In this document: positions 22,651-35,447 of the stretch, piece after piece
Numbering within the stretch: position 1 is the stretch's first letter
Layout: each line of letters begins with the position of its first letter
Assembly (NCBI GenBank): GCA_032718475.1
Contig: JAUCBJ010001142.1
Coordinates: 64,871 to 128,870 of the forward strand
From: Nemertoderma westbladi
Taxonomy: Eukaryota; Animalia; Xenacoelomorpha
Direction of reading: 5' to 3'
DNA length: 64,000 nucleotides
Program-made: the position numbers and the translations under genes
The notes under the pieces: generated by a model
What the model saw: only the letters and a program-made list of their open reading frames with translations
What the model was told of the DNA's origin: nothing
Database searches by the model: none

Positions 22651-24318
22651 GGGTATATCTTTTGCGTAGAGGTATAGCCTACATAGAGGCTTTATGTAGG
22701 TATGTGTAGCCTACATGTAGATGCATGTGTAGGGTGAATGTAGGTAGGTGTAGTCCCATAGATATTAATGTAATTTATGTGTCAACTTGCAGTAACGTGA
22801 TACACGGTCGTCAATCAGGATGTATGGCAATAATCTCTGATCTCCACGGTACAATACGGTACATCAACCTGCAGACCTGTCTGCTGTCAGACAACAGGTT
22901 TTACTGCATACTGCAGTACCGGTACTGTATAAATATCAAACATCGCGTTCTGATTATACTAAAGTCCCTTACTCGTCATAAATATTATGCCCTAATAAAT
23001 TTGAGTATGCTAACGCCACGAAAGGCATCGTTCCATTAGATTAACTCGTTCTGATTTATATGTTTATTGAGTAAGAGTAACCTAAACAAGAACAGCCATC
23101 ATCGCGGGGACTATAGTCTACCAGAAACCCTGACCCCCTTAGCCCCTCTTTATCTGTTTATCAACCATACATTCATGGGACTTGAACAGTACTTCAGCAT
23201 TGAAATGTTTTGGACGTTTTGTTTTGAAAGTAAAAATATAGAAGTCTGGAAGTTTTGTTTGTTTTAATTTTTCAGGCAGTCACATTCCACCAACCAGCAA
23301 CAGTCCCATCCCTTCCCACTATCCCGCGGACCACCACACTGTTTCATTATAAAGTATTCCCATCTCGATGATGGGAATTAATCAGTAATCCGATGGGATT
23401 CAAATCCCATCTCGAAGTAACAGCAAAACAATAACACGAAAGTCAATAGCTTTACAGTTATATTTGATTGCATTGAAAGTTAATAGAAAAAAAAAGTTAA
23501 ATTGCATATCCATTAAAATATTATGAAGAAATTGATATGGCAGTTTAGTAGATTAAAACGGCCACAGCAAGATTTATAAAATGAAAAATCAGCACAGCAC
23601 ACAATATTATCAATATAGACATTGAAGACAATTTAATAAACAAATACTATAAAAAAAATATCTACTAACAATCAATACATGATATATATAATATATATAA
23701 TATATATACATCAGCGACTACCATCGCCACTCTGGTTCAATCAGTCAGTCTGGTATCATTGTTAGCGTTTTGTTGAATTACCCACTCATCCTCAGACCCT
23801 CATGGACACCGACGACGAGCTCTAACCCTAACCGTTAGTCGATTCCTCCTTGACTGGAAACATCAGGTTCGGGCCGTTCGGCCCATACAAAGTCATTAGC
23901 CTCCATGCCTGAACCCGCAGGATCATAAGATCTACATAGTATGTATCGGTATATCGTTCAGTCGTTTTTTCCTTTGTCAGTACTGTAGTATTGATAGGCT
24001 CCGTCTCGTGGGTATTCAGGGGACGCCCATTCGACGTATTCGCATCTCCTCCTGGTTGTTTCGGTTACCACCGCCCGCCATATGCGCATCTCTTCGTGGT
24101 TGTTCCGGGTACCACCGGGTTCGGGTTCGCCGCATTCGCATCTCATCGAGGAAGTTCGGGTCCGGGTACCCCGTGTAGGCCTATTCATTCATCATTGTTG
24201 TTTTTAAAGACCTACCTACACCTACCTACATTCACCCTACACGTGCATCTACATGTAGGCTACACATACCTACATGTAGCCTCTATGTAGGCTATACCTC
24301 TACGCAAAAGTTATACCC
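22651..24318. mobile_element. Non-autonomous Mutator-like element (MULE)
   Basis: ~100-bp TIRs starting GGGTATA..TTTTGCGTAGAGGTATAGCCTACATAGAGGCT; perfect 9-bp TSD CTGCGGTAC (22642-22650, 24319-24327). Confidence 0.88.
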
Positions 24319-24580
24319 CTGCGGTACAGCGGTATGTTAAAAAATATTTACAAATCGGACACAACTACAGTTACAGACTGACAGAACTGAAACTACAGTA
24401 CTAACGTACAGTTACCGGGAGTTAACTCAGTAACTGGTTAATTAAATTAACACAGTAACAGTAGGTCTAAGATTATAAAAATGCTCTAAAATAGTAAAAT
24501 AAGACTGTTTGTTTAGGCTACAGGTTTAGGCCCTACACAGGTTTAGTTTTTGATTTGTATTAATTAAAAGCAAAAGAGCA

Positions 24581-25141
24581 ATGGAAAGCGAACAATTAGA
24601 CTTGTTACATCCCGAAGTGATGAGTAGCGAGACTCTAACCAAACTCCTACGTAGCCGATGTGTGGCTCTGGGGGATTCGCCAACTCGAGATAATTTACTG
24701 AGTCTGTACAACCGGGTCGTGCTGCCTTTACCACAACGTCCGTTAAAACGTAAGCGACCCGCAGAAAGCCATGCCGTCGGTTCCGATACCAGGAAGGGGT
24801 TGAAGCGTTTACCTTCCCCCGTGAGAATCGCTACCGGTACCGGGGGGTCGACAGACAGACTGAAACCGCCTCCTTTATTGCGTCATAAACTCGTGAAAGT
24901 TCAGCGGAAATCTTTAGATTCTTCGGAGCGGAAAGAATCTAGTCCGAAAATCTGCCGAACATTGAGTAGAACCGGAACCAATTCGGATTATGTTAGGTCT
25001 GGTAGGCCTACCGTAATATCTACCTCTACTAATAAAGATTCCAGATCTAGTTCTACTAAATCTTCTTCTATTATTAGAACTCAAGTTTGTTCTCCTCCCC
25101 TCTCAAAGAAATTTAAGAGTGTCACCATTTCCTGGCCGTAA
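24581..25141 (+). CDS. C2orf49: Ashwin (tRNA-splicing ligase complex subunit) homologue, single coding exon, 186 aa
   Basis: Family motifs LLHPE, LYxxxxLPLPQR, DRLKPPP and C-terminal ISWP* occur in the same order as in vertebrate Ashwin. Confidence 0.85.
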   Translation: MESEQLDLLHPEVMSSETLTKLLRSRCVALGDSPTRDNLLSLYNRVVLPLPQRPLKRKRPAESHAVGSDTRKGLKRLPSPVRIATGTGGSTDRLKPPPLLRHKLVKVQRKSLDSSERKESSPKICRTLSRTGTNSDYVRSGRPTVISTSTNKDSRSSSTKSSSIIRTQVCSPPLSKKFKSVTISWP

Positions 25142-26164
25142 AGGCTGAAAGGCTTGAATGGAATAACGTCTTTGATTACTGGATTAGTTTATATAATACA
25201 AACCTTACGTGATATGTTTTGGGTGAGTGAGTTAGTCTGTCACGATTACAGATTTCTTATTTTTTGTTTCTGATTGACTAAATAATTGCGATACTTTAAA
25301 AATATATACCAGTTAAAATAAGATCACAAATCAATAATCATTGAAAATACTGATTATAAAGTTAACAAAGATAATTATTTAACTTTCTTTTTATAAATAT
25401 AACGGAAAATATATACGTATATCAAAAGTTGAAGCACAAAATACCAGTGGAATTTTACAATATTTTTGGCCTCAAACTCCGAATGTCAGAACATAAATCG
25501 CTGTCCAAACTACGGGAAATTATAGCTAAGCGTTATTGTTTCGATCGACTGTGATTGTGTTTACTAAATATTTATTACACTTTTTAGAATAATTGCTATA
25601 TAATTAACTAAATAGACGATTAGTCCCCATTCCGGATATTGTAATTATTTATTACGCTTGGGAATAAATTAAATTATTTTTACTATTATATTTACAATTA
25701 TTTGCCTCGGTAATAAAAAGCTGATAATTAGGCCGAATAGTAGGGTAGCCGATGTTTTAGTATTAAAGATTGGACTTTCTTCCTACAAATACGTCGATAC
25801 AAGTGAAACAAAGGCCACTTATATTTTCCTAAAAATTCAGATTATTCAAGTACTGTGAGGGGTGTGAGCTTTTAACAATATACAATTCTAGTTCAAAATA
25901 CAAGATACAATTCGCAAACTGCAGTTAACAATTTCCGGTGTTGCAGTTTACTGTAAATTAATGTATTGGGCATATCGTTCACATTTCATTTCGTATCATG
26001 GGATCACCAGTTTATAGCGGCAATGGGAGGTGAATAGGAATTTTTTGGAATAAAATTGCGTTTATGATGAGAAATAATCAATATTGGCTTTTATTATTTT
26101 TATACTTTAGGAATTCGCACGTATTTTTATAAGGAAGAAAAAATATTAGGGACGGATTGTGGGG

Positions 26165-26239
26165 CGAGCCACGAAGTTGGCGGAGCCTTAGCGAATTGAC
26201 ACTGTTAGGGGGTGGGTCAATTTATGCAAATAGTTGTCG

Positions 26240-26271
<32 letters not shown>

Positions 26272-28330
26272 GTCGTTACGATTTTGACATGCTAATAACT
26301 TTGTCGGATTTAAAGCTGCCAAGTTGAAAATTTGTAGGTATCAATATGAGCAAAAGTTGAGATTTTTGAGAGACTTTCAGACACCATCAGTGCAATGGTC
26401 TCCCGCTAGAGGGCCACATGTCTAAACATTAAATGCCCTCCCATTTCTTTGCTTTTAATCCGTTTAAGCTGAAACTTGGCAGATATGTATTAGACCATTA
26501 GCTGTGACTTTCAAAGGAGGCGAATCCATCTACAGTTCTCCAGTCTGCCGCTAGAGGGCCAAAGGTCTGAAAGTGAAATCGTTGTCGTCGTTACGATTTT
26601 GACATGCTAATAACTTTGTCGGATTTAAAGCTGCCAAGTTGAAAATTTCTAGGTATCAATATGAGCTAAAGTTGAGATTTTTGAGAGACTTTCAGACACC
26701 ATCAGTGCAATGGTCTCCCGCTAGAGGGCCACATGTCTAAACATTAAATGCCCTCCCATTTCTTTGCTTTTAATCCGTTTAAGCTGAAACTTGGCAGATA
26801 TGTATTAGACCATTAGCTGCGACTTTCAAAGGAGGCGAATCCATCTGCAGTTCTCCAGTCTGCCGCTAGAGGGCCAAAGGTCTGAAAGTGAAATCGTTGT
26901 CGTCGTTACGATTTTGACATGCTAATAACTTTGTCGGATTTAAAGCTGCCAAGTTTAAATTTTCTAGGTATCAATATGAGCTAAAGTTGAGATTTTTGAG
27001 AGACTTTCAGACACCATCAGTGCAATGGTCTCCCGCTAGAGGGCCACATGTCTAAACATTAAATGCCCTCCCATTTCTTTGCTTTTAATCCGTTTAAGCT
27101 GAAACTTGGCAGATATGTATTAGACCATTAGCTGTGACTTTCAAAGGAGGCGAATCCATCTGCAGTTCTCCAGTCTGCCGCTAGAGGGCCAAAGGTCTGA
27201 AAGTGAAATCGTTGTCGTCGTTACGATTTTGACATGCTAATAACTTTGTCGGATTTAAAGCTGCCAAGTTGAAAATTTCTAGGTATCAATATGAACAAAA
27301 GTTGAGATTTTTGAGAGACTTTCAGACACCATCAGTGCAATGGTCTCCCGCTAGAGGGCCACATGTCTAAACATTAAATGCCCTCCCATTTCTTTGCTTT
27401 TAATCCGTTTAAGCTGAAACTTGGCAGATATGTATTAGACCATTAGCTGTGACTTTCAAAGGAGGCGAATCCATCTGCAGTTCTCCAGTCTGCCGCTAGA
27501 GGGCCAAAGGTCTGAAAGTGAAATCGTTGTCGTCGTTACGATTTTGACATGCTAATAACTTTGTCGGATTTAAAGCTGCCAAGTTGAAAATTTCTAGGTA
27601 TCAATATGAGCTAAAGTTGAGATTTTTGAGAGACTTTCAGACACCATCAGTGCAATGGTCTCCCGCTAGAGGGCCACATGTTTAAACATTAAATGCCCTC
27701 CCATTTCTTTGCTTTTAATCCGTTTAAGCTGAAACTTGGCAGATATGTATTAGACCATTAGCTGTGACTTTCAACCAGTCTGCCGCTAGAGGGCCAAATG
27801 TCTGAAAGTGAAATCGTTGTCGTCGTTATGATATTGACATGCTTATAACTTTGTCGAATTTAAAGCTGCCAAGTTGAAAATTTGTTTTGTTGAAAATCAG
27901 TTCAACAGTCACCCGCTATAGGACTACTTTATGCCTGAAAGTGAATAGATTCTCCCGTCTCATTGATTTTAATCAGTTTAAGCTGAATCTTGCCATATAT
28001 TCTGGACCACATGCTGCGTCTTTGTGGGGGGGGGGGGGGGGGGGGGGGGGGAAATTTCTGAAAGTGAGATCCGTCTCTCATTTCGTTATCCGTTATTCAA
28101 GATGAAACTTGGCCGATGTACGTATGTACTATTCATCCATAGGCTGTGTCTTTGTGGGGCTGGAGACCCTAATCCATCTTCAGTTCTCACTATACCGCTA
28201 GAGTCAGAAATGTCTGAATAGAAATGAAAGAGGTAAAAAGTGATTAGGCGAAATCTGCTAATACTTTCGAATTAGTACTTAAATTAAATTTAAGTCACGT
28301 GCTGCGCGAAGGCCCCACTTCGTGTTATAT
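26165..28330. mobile_element. Probable Helentron-derived (HINE/DINE-1-like) non-autonomous element with a central tandem array
   Basis: Subterminal inverted repeat CACGAAGT(T)GG (26170) / CCACTTCGTG (28315), (GTC)n microsatellite near one end (26235-26276) and a central tandem repeat. Family assignment rests on architecture only. Confidence 0.5.
26263..27885. repeat. Tandem array of a 315-bp unit, ~5 copies
   Basis: gttgtcgtcgttacgattttgacatgctaataac recurs at 26581, 26896, 27211 and 27526, with a shortened last unit; copies are nearly identical. Confidence 0.95.
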
Positions 28331-31300
28331 ATGCAAACAGTTCCATGGAGGACAGTTGTGTATCTGTATGTACAGCAGAAATATTTATACATATTTTCTT
28401 AAATTATATATTATGTTTCTATGTTTGTTTGTCTCTAATTTTGAGTTATGCATTGTTCCAATTTCGAAAATATAGTAACAAAGAATAACTTTTTTATTTA
28501 ACTTTCATTTGAATGAGTCGTTGGTTGAAAAATTACGATAATCAATAAAAGGGGAGGGGGTGGGGGATTTTCTGACCAAATAGTCAAATCTTTGAAATAT
28601 ATCTTATCTGATGCTGAATTTCATGCTGAATCCAAATTTGGAAACGATTTTTTCAATATCTTGCTTACTTTTCGAGATATTTTGGGTTGAAGATACTGAT
28701 TATGAAGCAACATAACATTAATTTGGGTAAAATATGCTCTCTGCACATTTTGTTCAATTTATAATTGCTCAGCCTTTGTCAAACCAAATTGTAACTTTGT
28801 CCTCTGAGAAAAGAGCTTTCGTTTCGAATGTGCCTAAAATGAACTTCGTGAAATTTAATTTGCGGTATAGCATGAATATTTCCCGCCATTAATTGTTTTG
28901 TTTATTACTCGAAATTGATTGACCGAGCGGTAGAGAGGATAAAACAGCATACGAGCTGCAAAACAACTTCTGTAGTAGCCATTACTTTGATGCTACATTT
29001 CGTGTCCAGTTCAGTGAAGATTTGTTTTCTACTTAGTGAGTATCCTTATTATTTGATTTTATCCAAAGTGAATTTAATCCAGGTTTATTCAAGTGGTCAA
29101 TTTATTCCAGTTTCCCCTGCAAGTGATAATTTTAGACAAGTTTCCTACAGTTTTGAGTTTACCACAAGTAAGTGGTAAATTTATGCCAGTTTAATACAAG
29201 AGGTAAATTTATGAATTTATTGTTGTCCTCCATCGTAATATAAAGTGCGCTATATAAGTTAGCTATTATGGTTGGATACCACCACACCAGGACTAATAGC
29301 TATGCTAGTGCCGCCCTGATGTGGAGTGTAGGGGTGGGGTTTATGGGTAAGTTCCCACTAGTGGCTGCCATGCCTGCTACAAAATGCAATTATTTACATA
29401 AATAACAAACTAAAGTACCAACATATAGTATCCAATAAACAGGTATGACAAAATAGTAAATAAAGATAATATCTAAAATTATTACACTGGTAGTCGTTAC
29501 CTTAACATCAGAAAAAATAAACAAATTCACACCCCAGTTTCCTGCAAGTGGTAAATGTTTGCCAGTTTCATTGGCAGCGCACTGCCCATTGGTATAATTT
29601 ACAGTATTTTGTTTGTGAATAATAAAAGTTTATTTAACAAGATGGAGGAAACCTTTTACAATAATAATTGGCAACCGAGAGATTTCTAATAGTAATTGAT
29701 ATAAAATATCAACAAAGCAATCGCTTCTCTCAGTTCTGTTTGTTCTCAAACATAATAAACTCATTAGAATTCTATATAGCTGTGGGAATCGCATGTAAGC
29801 AATTAGCCGCAGGGGACTCAATGGGAATCCCTAATAGATCCAGTTGCCTCGCGTAGATCCCGCGGAATCTCCAGTTCCGTGGATTACCTTACTGCGCAGG
29901 ACTCACGCTGCCCTTTACTCAAGTTATTATCCAATCAAAAATCCGCTGCTTTTTTCCAAATCCTCTTCCACTTTATGTAAGAAGCGAGTCAACAAACTAA
30001 TCTTTTAATACTATTATTTTTTTTATATAAATACAGTATTACAAAAATGTTACTGATTACAGCAAATAAATATTAAATAACTATTTATTACATGAAAAAT
30101 GTAGGCCTTTTTACCTACTCACACTGATATGTATAATTTGCCAGGCGGACGATTTTATTTATACATTAAGTAAAGGAAAAAAAATACTATTTGTTTTTCA
30201 TAATATAATGCCTACTTTTTTCCACAAAATTCCCTTTCACTTTCTATTAGCCTACTCGCCAAAACTAGCCAAACTCGCCAAGTATTTCATCAGAAGGTCA
30301 AAAAAAGTAATGGATGGAGGTGGTACCCGGATTGCAGTTGTGCAGCAGTCTTAGAAACGGTCATAGAATATCCGCAATTTTTATAAAAAATCAAATCAGC
30401 TGTTTTTTATCCATTCTATGTATTTGGACGTAAATTGACCGCCATTTTTAGGAAAACAAGTTTCCCTTAATTCACATTCTTCCACGAATTTGTAAGGACC
30501 AAGTCTAATCTTCATACTTAAAACGTCTGTTATGCTGTAAATCGATTAAATGCTGTAATTTTGTGGAATTTAAATATGTTTTGCACTTTTAATTTAATAA
30601 TTTATTTGTATATTTATATACCGGTACAGACATCATGTCACTATATGCCAGGACATGGCCTAATTTATTTACTAAAATGATGTATATGGATAGTTTGTTG
30701 CTATTAGAGTCCTCCTTGGCGCCCATTGGTTGCTATGAGAGTCCTCATTGACGCCCATTGGTTGCTATGCAGGTCCATCCCGTAGATATTTCGTTTAATG
30801 AGATTGATATCGAAAGTTCTGATATTTACGACCACACTAAACTATCACACCCGAAATCAGTAAGAATTATATACAATTAAATTAATAATGTTACTAATAT
30901 TAATAATTTGCTAAATATTAATATTAACAATGGCTGCTTAACCCTACAGTATCTGGCCCGGGCTATTTTACAACGTATGTAAACAAACGTATTAGAAATT
31001 TTTTAGATCTTAGCTCAAAAATTTCAATTTTGTTGGTACAGTAAGCTGGTTTTCAAGGTCGTGGCTGATCCCGATAAAACTTGTTAAAATATTTTCTGGC
31101 AATGCAAATAACATTTTTGGTGCTATTTTGGTCCCGCAGGACGAAAAGAACAATAAAAAAATTTCAAAATAAGAAATGTTGTGTTTGGTTTGATAATTCC
31201 GAAGGTCGCTGACGGGTTTTCGAGGTCGCTGATCACAAATGAAACTAATTTTAAATATTTCTGGTAAGTGCAAACCCAATTTTTCCGGAATGAAAATTAA

Positions 31301-33259
31301 AAGTAGCACAAAATTATAAACTGTTAAATTTTGCCTTACTGCAACTCGTTAAAAATTATTCGTGGTAACAACACTATCATTTTTGGTGCTTGTCAGGTGG
31401 GATGAAAATACAAGTAGCAAAAAATGTCAAACGTCAAAAATCGAATTTGGTTGGAAAATACGATAATTTTGAGTGTCATATTCAGAACCAGCGTCCCAGA
31501 AAACCCATAATGTCGAAAAATCAGGTTGATTTGGTAATGATTTTTGATTATCAAATTTGTGCTTATACTTATGTATTTTTCGTGTTGCACATTGGCACAT
31601 ATCCAGAAGAAATTGCCTAATCAACAATATACGATATTTCAGTTTCATATTCGTGATCAGCATCCCAAAAAACCCTTATGGTCATAAAGTAAATTTGATT
31701 TTGTGGTGATTTTTCATTACCATATTTGCACTTCTTGTTTTTTTCGTGCCCAAGTGGGCACATTCTTTTGAAAATTTTAGCACGAAAAATAAGGGATCTA
31801 GGGGTCTTAACCTCGAATGATAGTTTATTTTACCGAAAATAACTTATAATAATAACCTATAATAAATGTATAATAACAAATACCTCGAAAAATACAGCTT
31901 GCCAACACATTGTTACTTTCAATATTAGAAAGGGAACTAACATAGCCATCTAAATGGCGTTTGTTCTATTGGATAGCACATTAAATTGTAGGAAAAGTCA
32001 CAAGATCTCGGTTTTTCCAATAAACCAGGCTCAATGATACAGATGAATTTTAAAAAAATTTATAAATTAACCCCCCCCCCCCCCCCCCCCCCGGGCGAAA
32101 TGGCGAAATAGGGTTATAGTTGTTAAGGTAAGGCAGCCCTTACCTTAACTGAACTACTCTAAATGCCCTTTTAAATATTTAGAGTTGTTCAAAAAGTAAA
32201 TGTGTATTTATATTTGTCAAGTTAATATAAAACGACACTTACAGTAGTTCAGTGGGTTTGACAGTGTTAAAGTTTTACACAATATTATTAGATCCTTTCG
32301 CAAAATATAACGAAGGTCAAAAAATATTATTGATGTAGAACATACATTATTTCTTTAAGTAACACAGCGAATGCTTTCAACAATACAGCATTAGGGATTT
32401 ATAGCCTTCTAAGCCATCGCGTTTGCTCAAACGCAACATTTCTGGGTAAGCTAAGCTAAATAGGGGATTGTTGAGTCACCTTTTAAGAGAGTGGCTGTGA
32501 ATGTAGCTTTAACTAACTTCAGTTAAAGATACATTTAAATTATTTGAATAGCATAAATGTTGGGCCTATGTAATTTAACTAAACATTTACCATAAGGAAC
32601 GACATTCGAAGTGTGTTTCCATTTCATTCGGGCAGCAGATCTGACTCTAGTATAATTCAGTGCAGTCTATAATGGGTTCAGCGCTCTTCCAATTGGAATA
32701 GGAAGTAAAAATAAACGACCAGGAATAGGAACACCCATCAGGCTGGATGGTCGAAAATTGTATTGGGGTTACAAATAAATTCATATCAAGTGTAGAATTT
32801 GGTGACTTTTTAACCTTAATGATGTCAGTTGTGCATCAGTCAAAACATTTTCTATAAATACTTCCAGGCCATAATGACATACTGTACTATGTATGCTGGA
32901 CTATACATACACCTCGTTGGTTTAATAAACGATGCGTTAGGGTCAAAACTTATAGAAACTAAACAATAAACGAAATATTGTTATTATTTTAGTCATTGAA
33001 GTGGGGAAACATTCTAGGGTATAATACAATGCCAGCCATTAATTCGGCAGAAAATGGAAACTCGGTTTATCTTAAATGCAAACATTTATAAACTGTTGTA
33101 CCATTATTTTATAAATTTTCAATTTCTCGGGCTTGAAATGGGTGGGGGTAATGCTATTGGGCATGAGGCATTGCTGGGTAATAATTGGAAGATTATATTT
33201 AACCATGATATGGCTACCCATAGGCCTTATCCGCCTTGGCTCTCCCCCTAATGGATTGG

Positions 33260-33550
33260 GGGACGTTAGTGCCCGCGAGACGTTAGTGCCCGCGGGCACT
33301 AACGTCTTAGGACTTTAGTGCCCGCGAGTCATTAGTGCCCGGGAACCATGTCTGCAAGCGAGACGTTAGTGCCCGCGAGACGTTAGTGCCCGCGGGCACT
33401 AATGTCTCAGGACTTTAGTGCCCGCGAGTCATTAGTGCCCGAGGACCTTGTCTGCAATTGAGACGTTAGTGCCCACGAGTCATTAGTGCCCGAGGACCTT
33501 GTCTGCAAGTGAGACGTTAGTGCCCGCGAGTCATTATTAGTCCCCGCACT
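33260..33550. repeat. Cluster of (GACGTTAGTGCCCGCGA)-type 16-17 bp repeats, likely a transposon subterminal array
   Basis: More than 10 direct copies plus palindromic TTAGTGCCCGCGGGCACTAA junctions; no partner end was found. Confidence 0.7.
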
Positions 33551-33747
33551 GAATTTGGAAGTTAGTATAAGGCAATCCGTTTTTCTTCTTACTTATAGTG
33601 AGACAACGGCCTCCTCCATTAACATACACTAATTTAATTAATTCCCTAATTTAATTAACTAAAAGTACTACTTTACTTTTAATTCGTCGACAAAATGTCA
33701 GACAGTCGACTGAATATTTTTCTTGAAATCATTAATCCATTTCAATA

Positions 33748-35447
33748 CACCATGTCCTGGAATATAGTGTCGTTATATTGATGTACAGTACCTGGACCCC
33801 CCAGCCCCCCCCCCCCCCCCCCAAAATTTTTCTACAAATCTTAATGAGATAGCATGAAATTTGAAACAGAGATAGTTTCACCTCCCTCCTCCTTGCTGGG
33901 TGAGCCAGAATTTTATTTTTGATTTCATTCTTTAGCGTTTGAAAACGGTGTCTCCGTCGGTATTGCGTCAGTTACACCGCAGTTATTCTTCAACCTTATA
34001 GCGATTTGTTGATATTGACGGATAGCTGGCCATACAAGGATTCCAAATATGTATCATAATCTGAATTTGGTCGTAAAATAGATAAGATATGAACGTTCAA
34101 ATGTCGCATGATTTAGCATCTGCGCGAGGCTATTTTATTATATTTAAATAACAATCCATATTCTAGAACACCATGGTTTTCAGAACAGAAGGTCGGGGGG
34201 CTGGCCATTCGTCGCCACAATGAGATCCGGGATGTCTTCGGTGACCTACTGGCGGGGGCTTTCGGTTCGAACAATGTCGAAAGGGAGGTCACCCTGTCTG
34301 GAGGTCACCTGGACTCCCAGGGGCATGTGGTCGAGAGGGTGAGGGCTGATCTGGTCTCACGGGGTGTTTGGGCGAACCAGGTAGTGGCGTCTTTCGACGT
34401 CTCGATTGTAAATCTTGACGCCACTTTCTACGTTCGCTCCAACAGCTCCGCTGAGACCTTACTCGCCCAGAGGGAGCGGGTCAAACGCGTCCACTACCAG
34501 GAGGCCTGCGAAACACGCAGGATGCACTTCACACCGCTCGTGTGTTCCACTGATGGAGTGTGGGGTGCGGAGGCGACGGTCTTCATCCGGCACCTTGCTG
34601 AGACTCTGCAGTCTCAGCAGGTCGGGATGAGGCAGCATGGGTTGGGGGTGATGCTGGGTGCGGTGAGGCGACGGTTGCAGTTCGGTCTCCTTCGGGCGAC
34701 CTCTCTGTGCCTGAGGGGTGGGAGGAGGCCTTGGCGGGGTCTCGGGTGTGGGGATGGGGCGGGGATTCGGGGGATAGACCAGGACATGTACTAGGGGGGA
34801 CGGGGTTTGCTGTTGTTGTCGTTCTTCGGGGGGGAATGGGCAAGATAATTTAATATTGTATAACCCGGTTTACTTATTGTCAGTTATCGGTTGATTTTGG
34901 TGAACTGTAGTTGTAAACGCTCAATTAATGTAAATATATTAATAATATATATATAAAAAAATATTCTAGAACACTTTGTTTATATACGAATAGCTACGCA
35001 ATAGTATGATTACAGAGTTATTGCATTGTTGCCCAGCTACGTATGGGATAAACAACATGTTCTAGAATATGGTGTATTTTTTTTATAGAATAAAATATCC
35101 TTTCGCAGGTGTAAAACCATGCAACTTTAGAATGCCCATATCTCAGCGGTTTTACGACGAAATTCAGATTGTGATACATATTTGGAATCCTTGCACGGTC
35201 AGCTTTCCGTTAACAACAAATCGCTATAAGGTTGAAGAATAACTTCGGTGTAACTGGCGCAATACCGACGGAGACGCTTTTTTCAAACGCTTGTAGCTAA
35301 AGAATGAAAGCAAAAATAAAAAGTCTGTCTCACCCAGCAAGGAGGAGGGAGGTGAAACTATCTCTGTTTCAAATTTCATGCTATCTCATTAAGATTTGTA
35401 GAAAAATTAGGTACCTGAATAACGACACTATATTCCAGGACATGGTG
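33748..35447. mobile_element. Foldback MITE (Tc1/mariner-like, TA TSD) with ~400-bp imperfect inverted arms
   Basis: TA|CACCATGTCCTGGAATATAGTGTCGTTAT ... ATAACGACACTATATTCCAGGACATGGTG|TA; arms 33748-34170 and ~35055-35447 are reverse complements. Confidence 0.88.
34172..34960 (+). mobile_element. 5'-truncated CRE-like non-LTR retrotransposon (restriction-like endonuclease C-terminus)
   Basis: Open frame 34189-34794: KVGGLAIRRHNEIRD...RADLVSRGVW...FDVSI...ERVKRVHY...FTPLVCSTDGVWG...RATSLCLRG. GC-rich island, (TA)n-A6 tail, 14-bp TSD ATATTCTAGAACAC (34158-34171, 34961-34974). Confidence 0.88.

Noticed and set aside
30990-31800. Inverted GGTCGCTGATCAC-type motif clusters
   Set aside because: Probably an old MITE, but termini and TSD could not be defined.
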